A stretch of 64,000 nt of DNA from assembly GCA_028282585.1 (NCBI GenBank), contig JANQHR010000149.1, positions 1 to 64,000 on the forward strand. Direction: 5' to 3'. Every line of letters begins with the position of its first letter. Positions within the stretch are counted from its first letter, which is position 1. The notes beneath the pieces are model-generated. The model was given only the letters and a program-made list of their open reading frames with translations, did not search any database and was not told the origin of the DNA. This DNA is from Bacteroidales bacterium (GTDB lineage: Bacteria; Bacteroidota; Bacteroidia; Bacteroidales; UBA12077). The position numbers and the translations under genes were made by a program. Shown piece by piece: positions 21,208-31,000 of the stretch.

Positions 21208-23340
21208 ATGAAACAGGTCATATATTTAACATTCACTTTAATAACATTAATAAAATTCTGTACCGCTAATACTGAAAGTGTGTATAACCAACATAATTTA
21301 AAGGTAAAGCTAAACATCCAGGAATCGTTTATTGATGTGGTAGATTCAATAAAATTATCCCATTCAGAAATGAATGTTTTCTATCTTAATTCTAATTTGT
21401 CTATTTATGAGTCAAGTTGTGAATTAAAAGTCATTGGTTCCGAATACAATTATAACAAATATAAACTTCCGGCTAATCTGAATAGCGATTATATCGTATT
21501 AAAATATAAAGGGATTATTGCAGATAACAGAGATGGAATCCAGCATATGACACATGCAACTATGTATGAAAGTACAAATGGAATTATCTTCGAAAAAGGA
21601 ATTTATTTAGCCGGTCAAACATACTGGGTTCCTGATTTTGAGTTAGCTGATCTAAAAACCTTTACCATAGATATTGAAATAGCTAAAGGCTGGTTATTAA
21701 CGTCACAAGGAAACATTATTTCAGAAGAAATTAAGGATAGTACCATATATTACTCTTTCCGTATGGATCAACCTACTAATCAGGTATGTTTAATTGGGAA
21801 TAGATGGACCAAGTATACTGAGACAATAAATAATATTGATATAAACGTTTATTTAATCAATGAAGATAAAGTGCTAGCCCAAAGATATCTGGATGCTAGC
21901 AGCGATTATTTGAATCTTTATAACAATTTGATTGGAGAATTTCCTTATCTTAAATTTGATGTAATTGAGAACTTTTGGGAAACAGGGTATGGTATGCCTT
22001 CTTTTACACTACTTGGTAAAAGGGTAATGCGGTTCCCCTGGATAATTGATACATCTTATCCACATGAGTTATTACATAATTATTGGGGAAATAGTGTTTA
22101 TGTTGATTACAACAAAGGAAACTGGTGTGAAGGAATTACAACCTATATGGCGGATCATTTGCTGAAAGAAAAAGATGGTGACGGTCATGTTTTCCGAAGA
22201 GCACAATTAAAAAAATATACTGATTACGTAAATTCTGAGAATGATTTTCCTCCTAGCCAATTTAAATCAAAACATGATGCTGCCAGCGAAGCGATTGGCT
22301 ACAGTAAAGTATTAATGGCTAATCATATGCTTAGAATAAAATACGGAACAGATATTTTTTTAAAATCATACGCCAATTTTTATCAAAATCATAAATTTAA
22401 AATTGCGTCTTTTAATGATATTGAAAACTCCTTTGAAAAAGCCACCGGAGAAAATCTGGATAATTTCTTTAATCAATGGATCAACTCTGAAGGTGCTCCT
22501 ACCATTAATTTAAATAGAGTAAAAGTTAAAAGGAAAAAAGAAATTTACACCTTAAATTTCGAGATAGCTCAATCTTACCAGAATAAGCCATATGAATTAG
22601 ACATTCCTGTGTATGTATACTTAAAAAACAACATGACGGTTGAGCGCAAAGCATTGAGCTTATCAGAACCTGATCATTCATATTCTTTTAATTTTACCGA
22701 CAAACCCGTAAGAATAGATATTGACCCTTTGTTTGATGTGATGAGAAAACTAAACCGGGATGAAGTGCCTCCAACGCTTTCTCAAATTTTGGGGTCAAAT
22801 AAATGGACAATTATTTTACCTAAATCGAGTAAGGCTTATTTTCATTATAAAAACCTGGCAATTTCCTGGTCGAGAATTTACTCTGAAAGAGGGATAGAAA
22901 TTAAAATGGTGAATGATAATAAGATTGAAAAAATTCCAACTGATTGTTCTGTATGGATATTAGGTGCTGAAAATAATTTTGCAAGGTATTTAAACGTGCG
23001 AGAAAAGTATAATTCGGTTGAAAGCGAAGAGATTTTATCTAAAATTGATAGTTTAAATAAAAATGAGCTTATCGTTTTTACGATTCCTAATCCTGAAAAC
23101 GAGGATGAAACTATTGGCTATATCAATAGCAATAATCCTTCCATAATTGGCCAATTAAACATGAAGCTAATGCACTATAGTAATTTCAGTTATGTTGGAT
23201 TTGAAGGTAAATCACTTAAAAATACTTTAAAAGGAAATTTCCCTGTTTTAAATTCCTCATTAAAATATATTATTGACGACAAGGAGTCAATTAACTGGAG
23301 CGAATACAATTTTCCAATAAATGATATAATGTATAAATAA
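21208..23340 (+). CDS. M1 family aminopeptidase (exported)
   Basis: HELLH-x18-E zinc motif (HELLHNYWGN..WCEG); GYGMPS in place of GAMEN. Confidence 0.88.
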   Translation: MKQVIYLTFTLITLIKFCTANTESVYNQHNLKVKLNIQESFIDVVDSIKLSHSEMNVFYLNSNLSIYESSCELKVIGSEYNYNKYKLPANLNSDYIVLKYKGIIADNRDGIQHMTHATMYESTNGIIFEKGIYLAGQTYWVPDFELADLKTFTIDIEIAKGWLLTSQGNIISEEIKDSTIYYSFRMDQPTNQVCLIGNRWTKYTETINNIDINVYLINEDKVLAQRYLDASSDYLNLYNNLIGEFPYLKFDVIENFWETGYGMPSFTLLGKRVMRFPWIIDTSYPHELLHNYWGNSVYVDYNKGNWCEGITTYMADHLLKEKDGDGHVFRRAQLKKYTDYVNSENDFPPSQFKSKHDAASEAIGYSKVLMANHMLRIKYGTDIFLKSYANFYQNHKFKIASFNDIENSFEKATGENLDNFFNQWINSEGAPTINLNRVKVKRKKEIYTLNFEIAQSYQNKPYELDIPVYVYLKNNMTVERKALSLSEPDHSYSFNFTDKPVRIDIDPLFDVMRKLNRDEVPPTLSQILGSNKWTIILPKSSKAYFHYKNLAISWSRIYSERGIEIKMVNDNKIEKIPTDCSVWILGAENNFARYLNVREKYNSVESEEILSKIDSLNKNELIVFTIPNPENEDETIGYINSNNPSIIGQLNMKLMHYSNFSYVGFEGKSLKNTLKGNFPVLNSSLKYIIDDKESINWSEYNFPINDIMYK

Positions 23341-23362
23341 AGTTTGATTAGGTTTGTTTTTT

Positions 23363-23523
23363 GGGGGCGTTCAAAAAGTACAATAGTTAAATTTTATTCG
23401 TATTTTTTACTTTGAGTAACATTGTGTCTTCTTTGTGGTTCTCTGTGTAACAGCCTTTTATAATTATACCAAAACGTTTCACAAACCAGGCACAAAGAAC
23501 ACTAAGACTTTTTGGACACCCCC
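23363..23523 (+). mobile_element. 161-bp MITE-like element with 17-bp terminal inverted repeats
   Basis: GGGGGCGTTCAAAAAGT ... ACTTTTTGGACACCCCC; second copy at 1-140; no ORF. Confidence 0.85.
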
Positions 23524-23526
23524 TTT

Positions 23527-26385
23527 TTAAAATTGAAGAAGAAATTCGTTCAAATTATCATTTCTGTCAATTTCCAACTTCTTTCTAAGGCGGTATCTGC
23601 TAATTTCAACTCCACGAACAGTAATATTCATTAACGGAGCAATCTCTTTGGTCGATAAATTCATTCTAAGATAAGCAGATAAACGTAAATCTTTAGAAGT
23701 TAGAATAGGATATTTTGCCTTTAACCGTTTCAAAAATTTCTCATGCACCCGATCAAAATAATCTTCGAAAACTTTCCAGTTTTCTTCATTATCGATATCT
23801 CTATCAATCTTTCTGATTACATCTTTTACATCTCCGGTTACCAATTTATTTTTCTCTGCATAAGCCTTAATTTTCTCTAGCTCTTCCTTTAGTTCCGTTA
23901 AAAACTGATTCTTTTTAATAACTCCCATCGTTGAGTTAGCTAATTCCTTAGATTTGTATAAATTGTCGATTCTTAGCTTTTCGTTTCTAAGTTTTACAAT
24001 TTCCTGCTGCTTTTTTAGGTTTTCCTGTATTTGAGTTTGCTCTTTTCTATAAAGAATTTCCTCTTGCTCCTTTTGTAATTTTTGTTTTAAATTCTTCGTA
24101 TGATGGCTTATTCTTTTTCTGATGAAAATAATTATCATGACAAATAATAAAACGTATGTAATTTTAGAGTATATAGTTAAATACCACGGGGGAAGCACAG
24201 TAAAACTATATATTGCAGGTGTACTTTCTTCACCTGATTTATTAATTGACCTTACGATAAATTTATATTCTCCCTTTGTTAGGTTGGTATATTCTTTTAC
24301 GGTTTCATTATTCCATTGTGGCCACTTTTCATCAAAACCATGTAAAAAAGTTGCATATTTTACTGAATTATGTTTACTACACCCTGCAGAATAATAAAAT
24401 TTGATTGAAGTGCCATATTTTATTCCTTTATCAATGTCTCCATACTGTACCCAATTAACTGTTTTCTCATTACCCGTTAACGTTTTTACTTTACCCTTAG
24501 GAGATGTAATAATAATCCTTCTAACCCTGTTGGCAGAATAAGTTCCGTTATATTTCATCCCTAAATTATATCCCAGAAAACCTTCTTCCTGGCCTATAAT
24601 AAGAAAAGTACTATCCAGACTAAAAATATTCTCATAATCAATTGGATATTTATCGTTTGCAAACTCGGTTAAACTATAATGTAATCTTTTAGCTCCTTTA
24701 TCAGAAATGGTATAACAATGCATTTCTCCATTTCCAAACATCCACCACCGATTAAATCTGTCAATAATTATATTTGATGGTATTCTTTTCTCCTTATATA
24801 TGGATTTAAATTTTGCCGTATCTTTATAAAAACCTTGAGCCTTATTATATAAGTAGATACCGCTATCCGCGACAAAATAAACTTCACCTTTATACTTTAT
24901 TACCTGTTTTAGTTTATTATTAAATTCTATTCGATCAAAAGTTCTTAGATTTTCAATTTCGGTTAAATCATTATTAATACCAAACCTGTACAAACCATTT
25001 TCAAATTCTGCCCAAAAATTATTTTGCTCATCTTTTATAATATTTCTGGTATTCCCATTTATACCTTTTAATAACCTAACATACTCAAGTTGTTTATCAT
25101 GCTTTAACAAAAGTAATCCGACAGGAGATCCTGATATATAGTAATTATTGTTGTCATTAATTTTAGCTAAGTTCCATCCTCCGGGATAAAATGTTACTTG
25201 TTTAATCTGTTTATTATCCCACGAATATATCCCACCGGGACTTCCAAAATATAAAATATCATTTATTAAGTGTAGTCCCCACACGTGCCCATCAAATAAT
25301 TTAATAAACTCAAGGTTATCTTTAGAATTTTTTTGGGAATAATATAATCCCTGGCTTGTTGCAAAATATAATGTGTTTTTATAAAATGTTGAAGCATATC
25401 CTGTTCCAATACCATGATGGTTGTTAAATTTTGTAAAAGGAAAGTTTAGTCTTATGGATGAGATTCCTGAAGCTGTTCCAATCCACAAGTTATTCCAATA
25501 ATCCTTAAAAACAGAAAATACGGTATTATTTACAAGTCCTTCTTCATAGCTATATTTCTTAAAAATATCGCCCTTACTATTAAAAAGTAAAACACCACTA
25601 TAGTAAGTTTTTAAAGCGTATGTGGTATCATCAATTTGATCTATACCGTGTAATTTAATTTGATTTAATTTTGATATAATCTGTTCGCTTAAACTTAATT
25701 TATTTAGCTCCAAATTATATATTCCAACCTCCTCCATTAAAACATGCAGTTGATTTTTGTAATTTAAAAATCCTACAACCCTTTTGTTCTTGATTTGCTC
25801 ATTATTATTGATCAATTTAAGTTTATTTTCAACCAATTGATAAACTCCTTCTTCTTCAGAATAAAAATATAGCTCATCATCCAACTTTTGATAGTAAATA
25901 AAATCGTGCGAGGTTTCTAAAATGCGTATATTTTCCGGTGTATTAATAATTATTTCTTTACCGAGAACATAAATGATTCGATCTTTAATATTAAAAACTT
26001 TTGCAAACCTAAATTTTTTTAAGTCTTTCTCGGTGGTAATAATCTGGTTTAATGATTTATAAGTAATCGTATTTGTAGAATCGGGCACTAGTTTTCCTAT
26101 TCCTTTGCTTCCTGCCACGTAAACTACGTCATTAGAATCAGCAGCCAAAGATGTTATTGCAAATCCGCTATATATCTTGTTCCAGTTTTCTCCATCAAAC
26201 TCAATTATTCCTGTTTTATCACCGGCATATAACAACCCATCTTTTGTTGTAACAAGAGAATAAATTCTGCTGCCCCCTTCGTAAGCTTCTGCTTTAAAGT
26301 TTCTAATAATAGGCATTCCCTCATTTATGGCAAAAGCGTAAGTTGTTCCAATTAAAAAAATGAAAAAACTTATAATAACGCGCAT
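23527..26385 (-). CDS. Membrane-spanning regulator: beta-propeller + Y_Y_Y + TM + LuxR-type HTH
   Basis: NLWIGTASG, KEYTNLTKGEYKFIVRS, PPWYLT, LSTKEIAPLMNITVRGVEISRYRLRKKL. Confidence 0.9.
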   Translation of the reverse strand: MRVIISFFIFLIGTTYAFAINEGMPIIRNFKAEAYEGGSRIYSLVTTKDGLLYAGDKTGIIEFDGENWNKIYSGFAITSLAADSNDVVYVAGSKGIGKLVPDSTNTITYKSLNQIITTEKDLKKFRFAKVFNIKDRIIYVLGKEIIINTPENIRILETSHDFIYYQKLDDELYFYSEEEGVYQLVENKLKLINNNEQIKNKRVVGFLNYKNQLHVLMEEVGIYNLELNKLSLSEQIISKLNQIKLHGIDQIDDTTYALKTYYSGVLLFNSKGDIFKKYSYEEGLVNNTVFSVFKDYWNNLWIGTASGISSIRLNFPFTKFNNHHGIGTGYASTFYKNTLYFATSQGLYYSQKNSKDNLEFIKLFDGHVWGLHLINDILYFGSPGGIYSWDNKQIKQVTFYPGGWNLAKINDNNNYYISGSPVGLLLLKHDKQLEYVRLLKGINGNTRNIIKDEQNNFWAEFENGLYRFGINNDLTEIENLRTFDRIEFNNKLKQVIKYKGEVYFVADSGIYLYNKAQGFYKDTAKFKSIYKEKRIPSNIIIDRFNRWWMFGNGEMHCYTISDKGAKRLHYSLTEFANDKYPIDYENIFSLDSTFLIIGQEEGFLGYNLGMKYNGTYSANRVRRIIITSPKGKVKTLTGNEKTVNWVQYGDIDKGIKYGTSIKFYYSAGCSKHNSVKYATFLHGFDEKWPQWNNETVKEYTNLTKGEYKFIVRSINKSGEESTPAIYSFTVLPPWYLTIYSKITYVLLFVMIIIFIRKRISHHTKNLKQKLQKEQEEILYRKEQTQIQENLKKQQEIVKLRNEKLRIDNLYKSKELANSTMGVIKKNQFLTELKEELEKIKAYAEKNKLVTGDVKDVIRKIDRDIDNEENWKVFEDYFDRVHEKFLKRLKAKYPILTSKDLRLSAYLRMNLSTKEIAPLMNITVRGVEISRYRLRKKLEIDRNDNLNEFLLQF

Positions 26386-26564
26386 AATGTTAGTTCTTAA
26401 AGTGCCACTAATATAATCATTTTAATTTTTGAAATCATTTTTCATATTTTATTACGCTGAAAGCACGAAAAAGGTTAAACAGAACTTAACTAACTGCTTC
26501 TTGTTAATTTTCAATAATGAAGAACAATTTTTCCTACTCTCCAAGTTTTATTAATTTCAAAATA

Positions 26565-26615
26565 AAAATACCAACAATTAGGTATTGTCCGTCCGAAATA
26601 GAATTTGAACATTTG
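26565..26615 (+). promoter_or_regulatory. 23-bp box 1 plus -7 element
   Basis: AAAATACCAACAATTAGGTATTG, 20-nt spacer, AACATTTG. Confidence 0.7.
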
Positions 26616-26619
26616 TATC

Positions 26620-26982
26620 ATGAAAATCTCATTAAGAGACATATTTAAAAAGGCAGGGTTTATTATCATGATATGTTTTGTTGGTCTAATGATAGCCAAC
26701 AAAGTTATGTATACGCATATTCATAAACTTGAAGATGGCAGCGTTGTGGTCCATGCCCACCCTTATGATAAGTCCGAGAATGAGAATTCAGGAGAAACAC
26801 ACCATCATGTTAAAGCAGAACTATTCTTTTTACAAAGTTTAGAACTTCTGTTTTATATGGCAATCTTATCTGGTATTTTATACCTGGGATTTTTAGTTTT
26901 AGAAATACTTTCTTACTCTTTTGTTTTATATAAGAGCAATAATTTATCGTTATCATTAGGCAGGGCCCCTCCTTGTAACTAA
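26620..26982 (+). CDS. His-cluster membrane-anchored leader ORF with C-terminal RAPP motif
   Basis: TM segment, HIH-x4-G-x4-HAHPY-x10-THHH, GRAPPCN; paralog of 59904-60275. Confidence 0.8.
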   Translation: MKISLRDIFKKAGFIIMICFVGLMIANKVMYTHIHKLEDGSVVVHAHPYDKSENENSGETHHHVKAELFFLQSLELLFYMAILSGILYLGFLVLEILSYSFVLYKSNNLSLSLGRAPPCN

Positions 26983-27119
26983 TTCCTTACAATTTTATAG
27001 GTTTTAATTTTAATTGATGCATGAAAAGCTACTCGCATGTGCATCAGTCTTTTACTCAGCTGTAATCATTATAAATGATTATGCTAAAATTAATATCTCA
27101 TTATAAATAACGATTAGTT

Positions 27120-27464
27120 ATGAGTAATTACTTAAGCCAAACAAAAAACGGACGTATTTTTCGATGTGCCTCATGCGATAAAATCCACATTGAATTTAAT
27201 AATATAAACTTCAATTTCAATGATAAGGAGTTTGAGCGTTTTGCAAGTTATTTTGATGATTTGGACGGTGAGTATTGGGAAAACATGAACTTTCAAATTA
27301 ACTACCGCAGAAAAATTATTATTCCGGTAGGCCACAAAAACATTAATTTCTTATTAAATAAAGAAGAATTGAATGAGCTAAAAAGCCTTTTAGCCAATGC
27401 AAATATTTATAACAAACCATTAAAACTCGTTAAGAATTTTAAGTACTCATTTTGTAATAACTAA
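27120..27464 (+). CDS. DUF6686-like protein
   Basis: CxxC..IHIEFNNINFNF, LNKEELNELKSLL. Confidence 0.65.
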   Translation: MSNYLSQTKNGRIFRCASCDKIHIEFNNINFNFNDKEFERFASYFDDLDGEYWENMNFQINYRRKIIIPVGHKNINFLLNKEELNELKSLLANANIYNKPLKLVKNFKYSFCNN

Positions 27465-27470
27465 ATTAAA

Positions 27471-27977
27471 ATGAAAAAAGTAGGAATATTTTACGGTTCA
27501 TCAACCGGTAACACAGAAACAGCAGCCAATCAAATACAACAAGAACTAGGAACTGATATGGCTGATGTTAAAGAAGTAATAGACGCAGGTGCAGGCGACC
27601 TTGAAGTATATGCAAATATTATTTTGGGGGCCTCGACCTGGGGCATTGGAGATATGCAGGATGATTTTGACGTTTTTCTAACAGAATTAGAAAATGCAAA
27701 TCTTGAAGGGAAAAAAGTTGCCATTTTTGGATTAGGCGATCAGGATACTTATCCTGACTCCTTTGTTGATGCAATTGGAATAATATATGAAACAATAGAA
27801 GGTAAAGGTTGCGAAGTTATCGGAAAAATATCAAAAGATGGTTATAGCTATGATGTATCGAAAGCCGAAATCAACGGTGAGTTGGTTGGTTTACCATTAG
27901 ACGAAGAGAACCAGGGAAATTTAACAAATGAAAGAATCAAGAACTGGATTCAGCAAATAAAAGGACAGTTTAATTAG
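27471..27977 (+). CDS. fldA: Long-chain flavodoxin
   Basis: IFYGSSTGNTE, GASTWG, FGLGDQ..YPDSFVDA, GLPLDEEN. Confidence 0.95.
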   Translation: MKKVGIFYGSSTGNTETAANQIQQELGTDMADVKEVIDAGAGDLEVYANIILGASTWGIGDMQDDFDVFLTELENANLEGKKVAIFGLGDQDTYPDSFVDAIGIIYETIEGKGCEVIGKISKDGYSYDVSKAEINGELVGLPLDEENQGNLTNERIKNWIQQIKGQFN

Positions 27978-28038
27978 ATAGTTTAATATAGTACTCAACA
28001 CTTTGATTTCTGGCAATTTTGAAGCATGAGTAATTCTT

Positions 28039-28092
28039 AAAAAGCAGGGGGCGATTGACCCGTAAGCCATTATAAATCTCCCCCCTCTTTTT
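28039..28092 (+). terminator. Stem-loop/terminator after fldA
   Basis: AGGGGGCGATT...AATCTCCCCCCT followed by a T-run. Confidence 0.55.
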
Positions 28093-28106
28093 AAAAAATG
28101 TAACGT

Positions 28107-28502
28107 ATGAAAATTTCATGTACAGATTATAAATCCGGTGATATGCAGATTTTAATGCATCATATTTACGAATTTAAAAAGGGCCTAAGAAACCTGGTGT
28201 TGCATACAATGAATAAAAGTGAGCAATACCTAGCCGAAGATTTATTGATGCGCAAAGGTATCTGCTATAAAATTCAAGAAGTTAATGCATCCAAAATCAA
28301 TGTGTTTTTTGGTAAAATTCAATGTGTAAGGATTGTCGAATCTTTTGGTAATAAATCATTGGCCAATATCTCTGATGAGCAAGATTTCATATTGGGAGTC
28401 ATGCTTGGATATGATAGAACACAGCAATGTGATAGATATATAAAACGGAAAAATTTAAACGCGGAGTTTATTAACAGTCAGGATCTTGCCGTGGCAATTT
28501 AA
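28107..28502 (+). CDS. DUF2023 family protein
   Basis: HHIYEFKKGLRNLVL, NVFFG, EQDFILGVMLGYD..QCDRY; usual neighbour of fldA. Confidence 0.85.
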   Translation: MKISCTDYKSGDMQILMHHIYEFKKGLRNLVLHTMNKSEQYLAEDLLMRKGICYKIQEVNASKINVFFGKIQCVRIVESFGNKSLANISDEQDFILGVMLGYDRTQQCDRYIKRKNLNAEFINSQDLAVAI

Positions 28503-28679
28503 TTAGTACTGGGTTTATTTAAATTCAATGTATAAATGATTAAGAATATTTGGCAGATACCAATCAAAATATACTTATAGTTAGTCAAATATGAACTCTA
28601 TATATAACACCTCTTTAGTAGCTGCAAACAGCAACTAGTCTATAAACCTGAAATTACATTAAACCTAAAAACAATCATT

Positions 28680-28820
28680 ATGAGCCAGATCATCCAAATT
28701 AAGCAAACAACTAAAAATGTAAGAGTATTTAGCGTTGGAACCCAAAACTTTTTTATTGAAGACTGGAATAAAAACCAAACTGAAACCAATTTAAAAACTC
28801 TCAAAAAGAATATAAAATGA
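28680..28820 (+). CDS. Putative 46-aa small ORF overlapping the TBDR start (ATGA)
   Basis: MSQIIQIKQTTKNVRVFSVGTQNFFIEDWNKNQTETNLKTLKKNIK; A-rich upstream region; TGA 28818-20 overlaps ATG 28817. Confidence 0.4.
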   Translation: MSQIIQIKQTTKNVRVFSVGTQNFFIEDWNKNQTETNLKTLKKNIK

Positions 28821-30982
28821 AAAAACTTGCATTATTGGTATTCATGTTGATTTTTGGGACGGTTTACGCTAATAATCCAGAAATATTAGTATTAGATAAA
28901 GAAAATAAAGAACCCATTCCTTATGCCAATATTTGCTTTGAAGAAATTAATACTCAAGCAAAATTCCATACAATAACAACTGTACATGGAATTGCAAAAA
29001 ATCCGGTTCAGAATCAGTCCATTGTAGCCATATCCTTTGTTGGTTACAAAACAATTATCGATACAATAAAACAAGATGAGTCTAGAGAATATCTAATGGA
29101 ACAAGATTTATTCAACATGGAGCAGGTTGTTGTTACCGGTACCAGGACCAGAAAAACTCTAGGTAAAAGCCCAATTTTAACAAAAATTGTTACAGGGGTA
29201 GAATTACAGGAAGCCGGAGCAGTTACTGCCCTTGATGCTTTAGAATATTCAATGCCGGGAGTACAGTTCTCACCTGATGGGCATGGCGATAATCTTCAAA
29301 TACAAGGGCTGGATAACGACTATATACTTGTTCTGGTAAATGGTGAAAGAATGGTTGGCGAAACCAGGGGTAATGTAAACTTCAGCAGACTTAATGCAGA
29401 AAACATAAAACAAATAGAAATTGTAAATGGAGCTTCTTCAGTTTTATATGGATCTAATGCAATAGGTGCTGTAATTAATATCATAACTAACGATAACAAT
29501 TTTACAAAATCTTTTTCTGCTACAGTGAGTTCCAGGTATACGAAAAATAATACCTTACTTATATCATCAAATGTAGGTATATCGTTAAATAAGTTAAATA
29601 TACATTTAAATGGATTTAGAAGCAGTACAGATGGATATGACCTGACACCCCAAACTCCCGCTTCATACACTGTTGATAAATATACAGACTATTCTGGCAA
29701 GCTTAAATTAGGTTATAAGTTTAACGATAAAATTACCTTATCTACACAAGGGGTTTACTTTCGGCATGAGATAAATAATCCTGAAAAAAGTACTAAATCA
29801 ACACATAATTTAAATAAAAACTATACCCTCGGCGGAAAATTATCCATACAGGTAAATGAAAAGCAATCTATTGAATTTAGAGCAAATACGGACATTTATA
29901 ACTCATATACCGTTTACGAACGACGAAACGATGAAAAAGAATTAAAGTCGGACTATCAGTTTTCATCATTCTTTTTAATGGATACTTATACGCCCTTAAG
30001 TAATCTTGAAATTATAATCGGGACAGAATTAAACTTAGAAAATATCTATTCAATTCAACTATTTGGAGAAACAGGAGACAAGGATAAAGATTCATATGAT
30101 TACAATGCATTTTTACAATTAGACTATGAACTAATTGAAGATATTGTATTAGTTGGGGGATTGAGATATACATACCATACAAATTATGGTAATCATATTA
30201 CTCCAAAATTATCATTAATGTATTCTCCCAAAAGATTTAAGTTCAGAGGGAATATAGCAAAGGGTTATAAGGCCCCTACTTTAAAAGAACTTCACTATAA
30301 TTTCGATCACAGCGGGATGTTTATGATTTATGGAAATCCTGATTTAAAACCCGAAAATGCATTCTACACTTCTGTTTCGGCCGAATATACCAGAAATTTA
30401 TTCAATATCTCCATAAATGCTTATAACAATTCAATAAATGATAAAATAGAGTCTGTCGACCGTGTTAACAGCGAAACAGATATGCTTGAAAAACACTATA
30501 TGAATGTAAATGAAGCAGTGTTAAGAGGCATAGAAAGCTATGTTTCAATTAGCCCTTTAAAAAATACGATGTTAAAAACCGGTTATGCTTATTCTGATAC
30601 AGAAGAAAAATCAACTGGTTTGCAGCTTTATGGAAATAGTGTTCATACCGGAACAGTTGCTCTTTCGTATAAAATTTCTAAAATAAAATTTCCTTTAAGC
30701 GTAAATATTAGCGGGCGAATTTCGTCTGGCAGATTATTTCAATATCAGGAAACAGAAGAAAATTCTGATACAGGGGTCGAAGAAACTACCATTTATAAGG
30801 ATGAAAGCGATGCTTATTCTATGTGGAAATTTACTTATAACCAACAATTTAAATTAAGAAATAAATTAACTATTCAGGCTTTAGCCGGAGTTAATAATAT
30901 ATTCGATTATGTAGACACCAAAGACCTGGCTGTAATTGACCCAGGTAGGAGGCTCTTTTTTGGAGTTAAATTTATTTTATAA
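28817..30982 (+). CDS. hmuR: TonB-dependent heme receptor (HmuR-like)
   Basis: VVVTGTRT, IEIVNGASSVLYGSNAIGAVINIIT, YKAP, HSG..GNPDLKPE; adjacent to hmuY/hmuS. Confidence 0.8.
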   Translation: MKKLALLVFMLIFGTVYANNPEILVLDKENKEPIPYANICFEEINTQAKFHTITTVHGIAKNPVQNQSIVAISFVGYKTIIDTIKQDESREYLMEQDLFNMEQVVVTGTRTRKTLGKSPILTKIVTGVELQEAGAVTALDALEYSMPGVQFSPDGHGDNLQIQGLDNDYILVLVNGERMVGETRGNVNFSRLNAENIKQIEIVNGASSVLYGSNAIGAVINIITNDNNFTKSFSATVSSRYTKNNTLLISSNVGISLNKLNIHLNGFRSSTDGYDLTPQTPASYTVDKYTDYSGKLKLGYKFNDKITLSTQGVYFRHEINNPEKSTKSTHNLNKNYTLGGKLSIQVNEKQSIEFRANTDIYNSYTVYERRNDEKELKSDYQFSSFFLMDTYTPLSNLEIIIGTELNLENIYSIQLFGETGDKDKDSYDYNAFLQLDYELIEDIVLVGGLRYTYHTNYGNHITPKLSLMYSPKRFKFRGNIAKGYKAPTLKELHYNFDHSGMFMIYGNPDLKPENAFYTSVSAEYTRNLFNISINAYNNSINDKIESVDRVNSETDMLEKHYMNVNEAVLRGIESYVSISPLKNTMLKTGYAYSDTEEKSTGLQLYGNSVHTGTVALSYKISKIKFPLSVNISGRISSGRLFQYQETEENSDTGVEETTIYKDESDAYSMWKFTYNQQFKLRNKLTIQALAGVNNIFDYVDTKDLAVIDPGRRLFFGVKFIL

Positions 30983-31000
30983 CAATTAAATACTAACCAA

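Noticed and set aside
28503-28816. Cobalamin riboswitch upstream of the TBDR
   Set aside because: No recognisable B12-box or conserved GGGAA/GCCACTG core; AT-rich
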